In this document: in pieces, positions 10,352 to 19,163 of the stretch
How the letters are laid out: every line of letters starts with the position of its first letter
How positions within the stretch are numbered: position 1 is the stretch's first letter
NCBI GenBank assembly: GCA_040219515.1
Contig: JAVJSI010000010.1
Coordinates: 158,557 to 222,556 of the forward strand
Direction: 5' to 3'
DNA: 64,000 nucleotides
Source of the DNA: Acidimicrobiales bacterium
GTDB lineage: Bacteria > Actinomycetota > Acidimicrobiia > Acidimicrobiales > Aldehydirespiratoraceae
Program-made: the position numbers and the translations under genes
Notes under the pieces: generated by a model
Told to the model about the DNA's origin: nothing
Database searches by the model: none
The model's input: only the letters and a program-made list of their open reading frames with translations

Positions 10352-10959
10352 CGGGCGACCTCCAGGATCTCGGACTCGAGCTGGCCGTAGCCGGTGGCGA
10401 TGCGTTCGAAGACGAGATCGAGGCGAGCCGCTGCGGCCTTGGCCTTCTCGTCGAGAATGGGGTCGTCGGTCTGCGCGAGATAGATCATCTTGGTGTAGTT
10501 GCCGAAATACATCTCTTCGAGCTCCGGATGAGCGGCGATCCCGAGACCACCGATGATGATGCGCTCGAAGTGTTTCACGAGATAGTCGGTCAGGTAGAAG
10601 GCAGTCGGGTCGGCATCGTGCATGGCGAGGAACGCGTCGGCCCCGGTGAAGAACTGGTAGCAGTGCGCCCCCGGCATCATCTCGACGGGGCGCGACTCGG
10701 TGGAGAGCTCCCCGCAGAGGTCGGCGAGATGTCCGCCGGTACCGCAGTCGGCGTAGCCGATCAGCACCCGATCGAACTCGTCGCCATGGCGGGACAGCCG
10801 ATCCCGAACGGCGGGGGTGATGTGCTGCGGTGTCATGTGCAGCGAGGCCGGCAGACACTCGAGGGTGACGTTGTCGAGCTCGTGGAGCCGGGCGACGTCG
10901 CGGATCTCGCGGGCCAGCGCGCCGCACGCGAGGATCAACACGCGCGGCGAGGGGCTCAT
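10348..10959 (-). CDS. DUF1638 domain protein
   Basis: 203 aa: [19 protein letters not shown]…IGYADCGTGG…MPGAHCYQFF…. This matches my recollection of DUF1638, which typically accompanies corrinoid/MttB-type clusters. Start and stop both overlap neighbouring genes. Confidence 0.65.
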   Translation of the reverse strand: MSPSPRVLILACGALAREIRDVARLHELDNVTLECLPASLHMTPQHITPAVRDRLSRHGDEFDRVLIGYADCGTGGHLADLCGELSTESRPVEMMPGAHCYQFFTGADAFLAMHDADPTAFYLTDYLVKHFERIIIGGLGIAAHPELEEMYFGNYTKMIYLAQTDDPILDEKAKAAAARLDLVFERIATGYGQLESEILEVAR

Positions 10960-11654
10960 GCCGCTCGGCGGGCGGCGACCAGAGACGAGGCGGTTTCGGA
11001 GGCGACCGCGGCGTCGCGGCAGTACGCGTCGGCACCGATGGCCTCGGCGAACTCTTCGTTGAGCGGGGCGCCGCCGACGAGCACGATGTAGTCGTCTCGC
11101 ATGCCCTTCTCGACGAGCGTGTCGATCACGACCTTCATGTAGGGCATGGTGGTGGTGAGCAGCGCCGACATGCCGATGATGTCGGGCTTGTGCTCCTCGA
11201 TGGCCGCCAGGAACTCGTCGACGTCGGTGTTGATGCCCAGGTTGTGGACCTCGAAACCGGCGCCCTCGAGCATCATGCCGACCAGGTTCTTGCCGATGTC
11301 GTGGATGTCGCCCTTGACGGTACCGATCACCACGGAACCGATGGGCTCGGCGCCCGTCTCGGCCAGGAGCGGCCGCAGGATCGCCATGCCGGCCTTCATC
11401 GCGTTGGCGGCGAGTAGCACCTCGGGGACGAAGAGAATGCCGTCGCGGAAGTCGATGCCGACGATGCGCATGGCCTCGACCAATGCGTCGTTGAGCACCT
11501 TGTCGGCCGACCAGCCACGGCCGAGGAGAATGTTGGTGCCCTCGGCGATCTCGTCGGCCAGGCCGTCGTAGAGGTCGTCGTGCATCTGGGCGGTGAGATC
11601 CTCGTCGCTGAGCGCGTTGAGATCGATCTCTTCGTCGTCGGGTTGATCAGTCAA
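10956..11654 (-). CDS. Cobalamin-binding corrinoid protein (MtbC/MttC/MtgC-like)
   Basis: A B12-binding cap helix bundle is followed by the DxHxxG motif (GDIHDIGKN), then MSALLTTT and GGAPL. The TTG start at 11654 is uncertain; an alternative ATG lies at 11585. Confidence 0.85.
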   Translation of the reverse strand: MTDQPDDEEIDLNALSDEDLTAQMHDDLYDGLADEIAEGTNILLGRGWSADKVLNDALVEAMRIVGIDFRDGILFVPEVLLAANAMKAGMAILRPLLAETGAEPIGSVVIGTVKGDIHDIGKNLVGMMLEGAGFEVHNLGINTDVDEFLAAIEEHKPDIIGMSALLTTTMPYMKVVIDTLVEKGMRDDYIVLVGGAPLNEEFAEAIGADAYCRDAAVASETASSLVAARRAA

Positions 11655-11660
11655 GGGATT

Positions 11661-11708
11661 CTGTTCTTCTCGCTCTGTTCTTCTCGTGCTGTTCTTCTCG
11701 CACTGTTC
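11661..11708. repeat. Tandem direct repeat CTGTTCTTCTCG x3 plus a partial fourth copy, 14-bp period
   Basis: Read directly: copies at 11661-11672, 11675-11686 and 11689-11700, and a partial copy at 11703-11708, separated by 2-nt spacers. It lies immediately upstream of the corrinoid protein start on the minus strand. Confidence 0.85.
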
Positions 11709-11797
11709 CGCGACGAGCGCGGCGTTCCGGTCAGGTTAGGGCCAAGAGTGCCGCGTTCGCGGAACGCTGACCACGGCCGTTCGGCCCAATCGGCACC

Positions 11798-11803
11798 TAT
11801 CCT
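11798..11803 (+). promoter_or_regulatory. Candidate -10 element (TATCCT) for a leaderless leuS mRNA
   Basis: A TANNNT hexamer ends 7 nt before the GTG start at 11811, and no SD lies between them. This spacing fits the leaderless transcripts common in actinobacteria. Confidence 0.3.
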
Positions 11804-11810
11804 GGCCCGG

Positions 11811-14639
11811 GTGTCAGAGGAAACCGGACCCGACGATCGCCCGCTCCATCGCTACGACGCGAGCCGCGCCGACGAGATCGAGACCCGCTGGCAGGAGGCC
11901 TGGCGGGCCGAGGGCACGTATCACGCGCCGAATCCCGCCGGCCCGCTCGAGAATGCCGATTCGGGCCTGACCGACCAGCCGAAGCTCTTCATCATGGACA
12001 TGTTCCCGTACCCCTCGGGTACCGGACTCCACGTGGGGCACCCGTTGGGCTACATCTCCACCGACGTCTACGCCCGGTTCAAGCGGATGACCGGCTACAA
12101 CGTGCTCCACGCCATGGGCTACGACGCCTTCGGCCTTCCGGCCGAAGAGCACGCCCGTCAGACCGGTGAGCACCCCCGGGTCAACACCGAGCGCAACATC
12201 GCGAACATGACTCGCCAGCTGGAGCGACTGGGTCTCGGCCACGACGAGCGCCGCTCGGTCGCCACCACCGATCCTGCGTTCTACCGGTGGACACAGTGGA
12301 TCTTCCTGCAACTCTTCGACGCGTGGTTCGACGAGGATCAGCAGAAGGGCCGCCCGATCGACGAACTGGTGGCCGAGTTCGACGCAGGGTCTCGCACACC
12401 GAAGGGGGGCGAGAACTGGGCCTCGGCCGACGAGTCGACCCGTCGGGAGATCGTGCAGCAGTACCGGCTCGCCTATGTCGACGATGCCCCGGTGAACTGG
12501 TGCCCCGGTCTCGGCACCGTGCTGGCCAATGAGGAGGTCACCGCCGAGGGTCGTTCCGAGCGGGGCAACTTCCCGGTTTTCCGGCGACCGTTGCGCCAGT
12601 GGATGATGCGCATCACGGCCTATGCCGATCGGTTGCTCGCCGATCTCGAGCTGCTCGACTGGACCGACTCGATCAAGACGATGCAACGCAACTGGATCGG
12701 TCGCAGCGAGGGCGCGTTCGTCGACTTTGCCAGCGACGCCGGTCCGCTGCGGGTGTTCACGACCCGGCCCGACACGCTCTTCGGCGCCACCTACATGGTG
12801 CTCGCTCCCGAACACCCGCTCGTCGACGAACTGATCGCCGACGTGTGGCCCGAGAACACCGATCCCCGGTGGACCTCCGGCGCACGGACGCCGGCCGACG
12901 CCGTCGCGATCTATCGCGCCCGAGTCGAGCAGATGACCGACCTCGACCGCCAGGAGACCAAGGAGAAGACGGGTGTCTTCCTCGGTTCGACCGCCGTCAA
13001 CCCCACGACCGGGAAGCCGATCCCGGTCTTCATCGCCGACTATGTGCTCATGGGCTACGGAACGGGCGCGATCATGGCCGTGCCGGCCCAGGACACTCGC
13101 GACTGGGAGTTCGCCGAGCTGTTCGGGCTTCCGATCGTCCGCACCGTGCAGCCGCCCGATGGGTGGGAGGACGATGGTGGCGAGGCCTACGTGGGTGAGG
13201 GGCCGGCCATCAACTCGTCGTTCCTCGACGGGTTGGGGGTCGACGCAGCCAAGACGCGGATCATCGAGTGGCTCGAGGCGGAGGGCCATGGGGAGCGCAC
13301 CGTCACCTACAAGCTGCGTGACTGGCTCTTCAGCCGCCAGCGCTACTGGGGCGAGCCGTTTCCGATCGTCTACGGCGACGACGACCTGCCCCGCGCCGTG
13401 CCCGACGAGGAGCTGCCGGTGCTCCTGCCCGACCTCATGGACTGGGCGCCGAGAGAGCTCGACGAAGACTCCGAGCCGGAGCCGCCGCTCGGACGCGTCG
13501 AGGAGTGGCGCGAGGTCGAGCTCGACCTCGGCGACGGGCCCCGTGCCTACCGTCGCGAGCTCAACACGATGCCGCAGTGGGCGGGCTCGTGTTGGTACTA
13601 CCTGCGCTATCTCGACCCGACCAACGAGAACGCCATGGTCGACCCGGCCGTGGAGCAGTACTGGATGGGCGACGCCGATGCCGACGGTGTCGGGGGCGTC
13701 GATCTCTACGTGGGCGGCGTGGAGCACGCCGTGCTGCACCTGCTCTATTCGCGCTTCTGGCACAAGGTCCTCTTCGACCTCGGCCATGTCTCGGGCCCCG
13801 AGCCGTTCAAGCGCCTCATCAACCAGGGCTACATCCAGGCCGCCGCGTTCCAGGACGACCGCGGTGCCTACGTCCCCGCCGAGGAGGTCGAGGGTGACCA
13901 GGATGCGGGCTTCACCCACGACGGCAAGCCGGTCACCCGCAGCTTCGGGAAGATGGGCAAGTCGCTGAAGAACTCGGTGACCCCCGACGACATGTACGCC
14001 GTCTATGGCGCCGACACCCTGCGCCTCTACGAGATGGCCATGGGTCCGATCGACCAGGATCGCCCGTGGGAGACCCGCTCCGTGGTGGGTTCCCATCGTC
14101 TGTTGCAGCGGGTCTGGCGCAATCTGGTCGACGAGGAGACCGGCGAGCTCACCGTTGTCGACGAGCCGGCCGACGACGAACTCCGCAAGCTGCTGCACCG
14201 CACGATCGACGGCGTGCGGGCCGACATGGACGGTCTGCGGTTCAACACGGCGATCGCCAAGGTGACCGAGCTCAACAACGAGCTGACCAAGCGCGACGCC
14301 GGGACCCCCCGTGAGGTGGCCGACGCCATCGTGCGCATGCTGTCGCCGCTCGTTCCCCACGTGACCGAAGAGCTGTGGCATCGCATGGGCGGCGAGGGTT
14401 CCGTCACCCGGGCCCGGTTCCCCGAGGCCGACCCGTCGATGCTGGTCGACGACACCGTCGAGGTGCCGGTGCAGGTCAACGGCAAGGTGCGAGGCAAGAT
14501 CATGATCGCCGCCGATGCCGACGAGGCGACCGCCATCGCCGCCGCCCTGGCCGAGGCCAATGTGCAGGCGCACATCGGCGGGAAGGAGCTCCGCAAGACG
14601 ATCTACGTCCCCGGCCGCATGGTCACCCTCGTCGTCTGA
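11811..14639 (+). CDS. leuS: Leucine--tRNA ligase
   Basis: Class I signatures are present: HVGHPLGY (HIGH) and KMGKSLKN (KMSKS), with the CP1 editing region in between. The GTG at 11811 gives a conserved N-terminus (…[17 protein letters not shown]…). Confidence 0.95.
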   Translation: MSEETGPDDRPLHRYDASRADEIETRWQEAWRAEGTYHAPNPAGPLENADSGLTDQPKLFIMDMFPYPSGTGLHVGHPLGYISTDVYARFKRMTGYNVLHAMGYDAFGLPAEEHARQTGEHPRVNTERNIANMTRQLERLGLGHDERRSVATTDPAFYRWTQWIFLQLFDAWFDEDQQKGRPIDELVAEFDAGSRTPKGGENWASADESTRREIVQQYRLAYVDDAPVNWCPGLGTVLANEEVTAEGRSERGNFPVFRRPLRQWMMRITAYADRLLADLELLDWTDSIKTMQRNWIGRSEGAFVDFASDAGPLRVFTTRPDTLFGATYMVLAPEHPLVDELIADVWPENTDPRWTSGARTPADAVAIYRARVEQMTDLDRQETKEKTGVFLGSTAVNPTTGKPIPVFIADYVLMGYGTGAIMAVPAQDTRDWEFAELFGLPIVRTVQPPDGWEDDGGEAYVGEGPAINSSFLDGLGVDAAKTRIIEWLEAEGHGERTVTYKLRDWLFSRQRYWGEPFPIVYGDDDLPRAVPDEELPVLLPDLMDWAPRELDEDSEPEPPLGRVEEWREVELDLGDGPRAYRRELNTMPQWAGSCWYYLRYLDPTNENAMVDPAVEQYWMGDADADGVGGVDLYVGGVEHAVLHLLYSRFWHKVLFDLGHVSGPEPFKRLINQGYIQAAAFQDDRGAYVPAEEVEGDQDAGFTHDGKPVTRSFGKMGKSLKNSVTPDDMYAVYGADTLRLYEMAMGPIDQDRPWETRSVVGSHRLLQRVWRNLVDEETGELTVVDEPADDELRKLLHRTIDGVRADMDGLRFNTAIAKVTELNNELTKRDAGTPREVADAIVRMLSPLVPHVTEELWHRMGGEGSVTRARFPEADPSMLVDDTVEVPVQVNGKVRGKIMIAADADEATAIAAALAEANVQAHIGGKELRKTIYVPGRMVTLVV

Positions 14640-14653
14640 CGAGGAACCCGCCG

Positions 14654-15778
14654 CTATGGGGGCCCGCCACCCGATGGTGTGTCGGGGTCGCCGGTGCAGT
14701 CGATCACCTCGACCTCGAAGCCGTACTCGTCGATGACGGTTCGGGTGGTGCAGTCCGTGTCCTCCGAGCCCGTGGCGCCGGCGGCTTCGAGCGGTGTCTC
14801 GGTGGTGCCGCGGTCGTCGCGGTCGGAGGCGAATGCGGTCGCTGCCACGACCGAGAACGTCCGGGTGGCCCGTTCGATGAGGTGGGTGAAGTCGACGAAG
14901 TCGTCGTCGGTGAACCCGCCGCTGAGATCGAGGAACCGGACGTCGAGTTCGGTGGCGATCTCGTCGACGGCGGGCGCGACGCGGCGGTAGTCGATGAGCC
15001 CGCGAGGGTGGGCGTCGATGAAACGATCCGGCACCGGAAGGTTGACGAGGACGACCTCGATGCCCTGCGTCCGAAGCGTTTCGATCGTGGCGACGATCAG
15101 GGCGCGGTCGTCGGGATCGATGCGGTAGTCGGCCAGGCGGGCCTCGGTGACGAGCTGGACCTCGGGGGTCACGTTGCGTTCGAACAAGAGCCGCTCGCCG
15201 CCGTTGCCGGTGTGCATCACGGCGTCGTCGCGGTTCGCTTCGCGTTCGTCGGCGCGGGCGCCGGCGATGTCGTTGAGCGATCGGAGCACGGTTCGCTCGC
15301 GCACGAGCACCGACCATTGCGACGCCTGTTGCTCTACGGACGCGAGCCAGCCGTTGCGGGTGGCGAGCGCATTGTCGTAGACATCGCGTTGTTGGGTGCC
15401 GTAGCCCGGGGCGAAGTCGTAGCTGCTCAGGCCCCACACCACCGTGTCGGGCCGGGTGCGGGGGATCACTTCTTCGAGGAGCCATCGCTGCATGACCTCG
15501 GGGGTGCCGCCGTTGAGTCCGGCGTTGTAGCTGGTGGTGGCCGCCTCCTCGTCGAACACCGACGGGACGAATGCCTGCCACGCCATGGAGGTGCCGGCGA
15601 AGACCACGTCGACGTCGCCGAGGTCGTCCATCTGTTCGATCTTGTGCTGGGCGAACTCGTCGTACCAGCGCACCGCCTCAGGCGTCGACGACGCCACGAC
15701 CCGGGCCGCGCCTTCGCTCGCCAGCGCGGCGATCAGCAGGCCGGCGATCAGCAGCAAGGAACGGCGGAAGCGGCGCAT
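14654..15778 (-). CDS. Secreted or anchored SGNH/DltD-like partner of the MBOAT acyltransferase
   Basis: It has an N-terminal signal anchor. AGTSM resembles block I and DFVDFTHL resembles a DxxH block. Its ATG overlaps the MBOAT stop (TGATG). Confidence 0.5.
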   Translation of the reverse strand: MRRFRRSLLLIAGLLIAALASEGAARVVASSTPEAVRWYDEFAQHKIEQMDDLGDVDVVFAGTSMAWQAFVPSVFDEEAATTSYNAGLNGGTPEVMQRWLLEEVIPRTRPDTVVWGLSSYDFAPGYGTQQRDVYDNALATRNGWLASVEQQASQWSVLVRERTVLRSLNDIAGARADEREANRDDAVMHTGNGGERLLFERNVTPEVQLVTEARLADYRIDPDDRALIVATIETLRTQGIEVVLVNLPVPDRFIDAHPRGLIDYRRVAPAVDEIATELDVRFLDLSGGFTDDDFVDFTHLIERATRTFSVVAATAFASDRDDRGTTETPLEAAGATGSEDTDCTTRTVIDEYGFEVEVIDCTGDPDTPSGGGPP

Positions 15779-17196
15779 CAGAACTGGAAGTAGATGAAGG
15801 GGACCGGGGTCCCGCCGGAGAAGAGCACCACGGCGGCAACGAGGAAGCCGGCGCCGGCCCCCTGCAGCACCGGCGACACCGACACCGTGGTGCCGCGGGA
15901 CAGCCGGTCCATGTGGCTGCGTTGCCAGAGGTCGCCCCCGATCATGATGGCGGTGAACAGCGCGACGGTGGCCACGTCAGCGGGCCGGATCGAGCCGCCG
16001 CGCAGGGTCGCGATGCCGCTGATGACGTCCCAGGCCTCACCCAACCCGTTGGCCCGGAAGAAGATCCAGGCGAAGAGCACGGCGACGTTGGTGACGATGA
16101 TGGCGGGGAGGTCGCGGAGGCATGGTTCGTGGGTTGCTTCCTTGCCGCCTCGGGTGAGTTTGTGGATCACGAGATAGAGGCCGTGGAGCCCGCCCCAGAT
16201 GACGAAGTTCCACGAGGCGCCGTGCCAGAGACCGCCGAGCAGCATGGTGAGCATGAGGTTTCGGTAGGTCGTGAGGGTGCCCTTCCGATTGCCGCCGAGG
16301 GAGATGTAGAGATAGTCGCGGAGCCAGTTGGACAGCGAGATGTGCCAGCGGCGCCAGAACTCGGTGATGTTGCGCGAGAGATAGGGCTCGGTGAAGTTGA
16401 CGACGAGATCGATACCCAGAAGCTTCGAGACGCCTCGGGCGATGTCGGTGTAGCCCGAGAAGTCGCCGTAGATCTGGATTGCGAACGCCACCACACCCGT
16501 CGTGAGGGCGACGGCCGACGAGGTGTCGGATTCGGCGAAGGCCCGGTTGGCGATCTCGGCGACGCCATCGGCGAGCACCACCTTCTTGGCGAGCCCGACC
16601 AGGATGAGGCGGATGGCGTCTCGGCGTTCGGCGTCGACCGGGAACCGACGGTCGGTGTCGAGGATCGCGGGGAGCAGGTTCTGGGCTCGTTCGATGGGCC
16701 CGGCCACGAGTTGCGGGAAGTAGGCGACATAGGTGGCGAAGGCGACGACGTCTCGCGTCGGCTCGATGCGGCGGCGGTAGACGTCGAGGCTGTAGGACAT
16801 CGTCTGGAACGTGTAGAAGCTGATGCCGACCGGAAGAATCACGGTGAGCGTGAACGGGTCGGCCTGCCACCCGAGTCCGTCGAACATCTCGGTGAGGCTG
16901 TCGGCGAAGAAGTTCAGGTACTTGAAGACGCCGAGGATGCCGAGATTGACGGCGACGCTCGTGAGCATGAGCCGCTTGCGCCGCCGGTCGTCGTCGCTCG
17001 CGGCCATGCCGAGGCCGAGTGAGTAGTCGACGACGGTCGAGATGGCGAGCAGGGACAGGAATCGCCAGTCCCACCAGCCGTAGAAGACGTAGGACGAGAC
17101 GACCAGCACCACATTGCGAGCGTTCGGTCGCGCGCCCCAGTACAGGACCAGTACCCCCACGAAGAACACCGCGAACGTGATGGTGTTGAACGGCAT
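15778..17196 (-). CDS. MBOAT-family membrane O-acyltransferase (AlgI/DltB/PatA-like)
   Basis: Multi-pass membrane protein with the MBOAT core (…FWRRWHISLSNWLRDYLYISLGGNRKG…GGLWHGASWNF…). The ATG at 17196 (MPFNTITFAVFF) is chosen over the longer ORF. Confidence 0.9.
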   Translation of the reverse strand: MPFNTITFAVFFVGVLVLYWGARPNARNVVLVVSSYVFYGWWDWRFLSLLAISTVVDYSLGLGMAASDDDRRRKRLMLTSVAVNLGILGVFKYLNFFADSLTEMFDGLGWQADPFTLTVILPVGISFYTFQTMSYSLDVYRRRIEPTRDVVAFATYVAYFPQLVAGPIERAQNLLPAILDTDRRFPVDAERRDAIRLILVGLAKKVVLADGVAEIANRAFAESDTSSAVALTTGVVAFAIQIYGDFSGYTDIARGVSKLLGIDLVVNFTEPYLSRNITEFWRRWHISLSNWLRDYLYISLGGNRKGTLTTYRNLMLTMLLGGLWHGASWNFVIWGGLHGLYLVIHKLTRGGKEATHEPCLRDLPAIIVTNVAVLFAWIFFRANGLGEAWDVISGIATLRGGSIRPADVATVALFTAIMIGGDLWQRSHMDRLSRGTTVSVSPVLQGAGAGFLVAAVVLFSGGTPVPFIYFQF

Positions 17197-17250
17197 CGAC
17201 TCGCACAGTACGTGGTCGCTCCGACCGTGCGAAGCCGATACGGTCCGCCC

Positions 17251-17979
17251 ATGATCTCCCCGGACCGGATCGACGCCGTGGTGTTCGACATGGGCGGGGT
17301 CTTCGTGGTCCCGGCGCCGGAGCCGATCGCCGCCATCGTGCGAGCGGAGGGCGTCACCCTCGCGCTCGACGACGCCGCGGTTCGGCGAGGCCACTACGCC
17401 GGCGTGGCCGCGATGACCGGTGCCCTGGCCCACATGGCGGTGTCGGAGTCCGACCCGCTCGTGTGGGAGGCCTACGACCGCGCCTACTTCTCGGCGGTTG
17501 GCCTGGCCGGAGAGTCACTGGAGATCGCGGTCGATGCCCGTCGACACGCCCGCGTGAACGGCGACAGCACCGTGATCTGGACCCACGTCCTCGAAGAGAA
17601 CCGCGACGCGTTCCACGACATCGCGACGCGGCGGCCGGTCGCGGTGGTCACGAACAACAACGGCACCGCGATCGCCCAGTGCACCGACCTCGGACTGTGC
17701 CAGATCGGCGAGGGACTACTCCCGACCGTGGCGGCCATCGTCGACTCCGGGGTGCTGGGGATCGCCAAACCCGACCCGCGGATCTTCGGGCCGGCGCTCG
17801 AGGCCCTCGGCACCGAGGCGGCACGCACGCTCTACGTCGGTGACACGGTCCACGCCGATGTGCGCGGGGCCGACGCCGCCGGCATGCCGGTGGTGCAGCT
17901 CGATCCGTTCGATCATCACGCCGATCACGATCACTGGCGCCTCCCCGATCTGGTCGCGCTGGCCGCCCACCTGTCGTGA
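17251..17979 (+). CDS. HAD-superfamily hydrolase
   Basis: DAVVFDMGGV (motif I, DxD-type), TNN… and VGDTVHADVRGA (motif IV). Confidence 0.75.
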   Translation: MISPDRIDAVVFDMGGVFVVPAPEPIAAIVRAEGVTLALDDAAVRRGHYAGVAAMTGALAHMAVSESDPLVWEAYDRAYFSAVGLAGESLEIAVDARRHARVNGDSTVIWTHVLEENRDAFHDIATRRPVAVVTNNNGTAIAQCTDLGLCQIGEGLLPTVAAIVDSGVLGIAKPDPRIFGPALEALGTEAARTLYVGDTVHADVRGADAAGMPVVQLDPFDHHADHDHWRLPDLVALAAHLS

Positions 17980-19163
17980 CCGTCGCGATCTCCGCGGCGG
18001 CGGCCCGTCGGATCGCGCTCGGGGCGCAGGGCTTCCGGGATCCCCGGCCGAAGGGCACCGTCGACCGCCGGCACCTCCGGCGGGTGATGGGCCGTGTGCA
18101 GCTGCTCCAACTCGACTCCGTCCCCGTCGTCATGCGAACGCAGTACATGCCCGCGTTCTCTCGTCTCGGGCCCTACGAGCCGGACCTGCACGACCGCATC
18201 GCCTACGGACACGACGAATGGCTCGAGGCCTGGTGTCACGAGGCCTCGCTCGTCCCGATGGAGGACGAGCCCCTGCTGCGCTGGTCGAAGGCCCGCGCTC
18301 GTCGGGGCGAGACGTGGGGCCATCTCGCCCGGCTCGCCGAGGACGACCCCGCCTATGTCGCCGACGTGCTCGCCCAGGTGCGGGAGCGTCCGCTGGCCCC
18401 GGGCGAGCTCGACGAGCCCCGGCGTCAGGAAGGGGAGTGGTGGGGCGACCGGTCACACGGCGCCGTCGCACTCGACTGGCTCTTCCGCGTCGGCGAGGTC
18501 GGCATCCGGCGGCGGCCCGGCTTCGTGAAGGAGTTCGACCTCCTCGAGCGGATCGTCCCCGAGTCGATCCGCCGGCAACCGACACCGACCGAGGAGGACG
18601 CGCACCGGACACTGCTGATGCGGGCGGCGGCCAGCCTCGGCATCGCCGCGGTGCCCGATCTCGTCGACTACCACCGGTTGCCCAAGGTTCCGGCCAAGGT
18701 GCGCGTGGCCGAACTGGTCGAGGACGGGCTCCTCGTCGAGGCGGAGGTCGAAGGCTGGAATCGGCCTGCGTTGCTACATCCGGAGGCGGCCCGGCCCCGG
18801 GCCATCGACGCCTGCACACTGGTGTCGCCCTTCGACCCGGTGGTGTGGTTTCGCGAGCGAGCGTCGCGCCTGTTCGGCTTCGACTACCGGATCGAGATCT
18901 ACACACCGGCCCCCAAGCGCGTCTACGGCTACTACGTGCTCCCGTTCCTGCTCGGTGACGAGCTCGTCGGGCGGGTCGATCTCAAGACCGACCGGGCCGA
19001 GCGGGTGCTACGCGTCAAGGCGGCGTTCGCCGAGCCCGGTCGTGAACCGGTTGCGGTGGCCGAGGCGTTGCGTGGTGCGCTCGACGATCTGGCGACGTTC
19101 GTGGGAACCGACGGCTGGGTCGTCGACGGTCAGTCGGGCGACGTCACCCCGTACCTTCGCTGA
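17976..19163 (+). CDS. Winged-helix DUF1006 / YcaQ(AlkZ)-like DNA glycosylase family protein
   Basis: 395 aa. …LLQLDSVPV… and …YRIEIYTPAPKRVYGYYVLPFL…VGRVDLK… match my recollection of the YcaQ family. The GTG start overlaps the upstream stop. Confidence 0.7.
   Translation: MTVAISAAAARRIALGAQGFRDPRPKGTVDRRHLRRVMGRVQLLQLDSVPVVMRTQYMPAFSRLGPYEPDLHDRIAYGHDEWLEAWCHEASLVPMEDEPLLRWSKARARRGETWGHLARLAEDDPAYVADVLAQVRERPLAPGELDEPRRQEGEWWGDRSHGAVALDWLFRVGEVGIRRRPGFVKEFDLLERIVPESIRRQPTPTEEDAHRTLLMRAAASLGIAAVPDLVDYHRLPKVPAKVRVAELVEDGLLVEAEVEGWNRPALLHPEAARPRAIDACTLVSPFDPVVWFRERASRLFGFDYRIEIYTPAPKRVYGYYVLPFLLGDELVGRVDLKTDRAERVLRVKAAFAEPGREPVAVAEALRGALDDLATFVGTDGWVVDGQSGDVTPYLR

Noticed and set aside
11661-11708. 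The tandem repeat as a CRISPR array
   Set aside because: The repeats are 12 nt with 2-nt spacers and only 3.5 copies, and no cas genes are present. This is not CRISPR-like.
11655-11810. A cobalamin riboswitch upstream of the corrinoid operon, or a T-box upstream of leuS
   Set aside because: I could not find a B12-box-like core or the length (about 200 nt) and helices a cobalamin riboswitch needs. There is also no T-box specifier or antiterminator arrangement. The spacer is only 156 bp and is shared by both promoters.
11814-15581. Very long antisense ORFs: 1255 aa opposite leuS; 880 aa at 6012-8654 opposite the RACo gene; 586 aa at 797-2557 opposite the GMC gene; 962 aa at 57088-59976, whose N-terminal part is opposite the FrhB gene; and 277 aa at 63166-63999 opposite argS
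   Set aside because: Their translations are Arg/Gly/Pro/His-rich with no recognisable motifs, while the opposite strand encodes clearly conserved proteins. Stop-free shadow frames are expected at this GC content.
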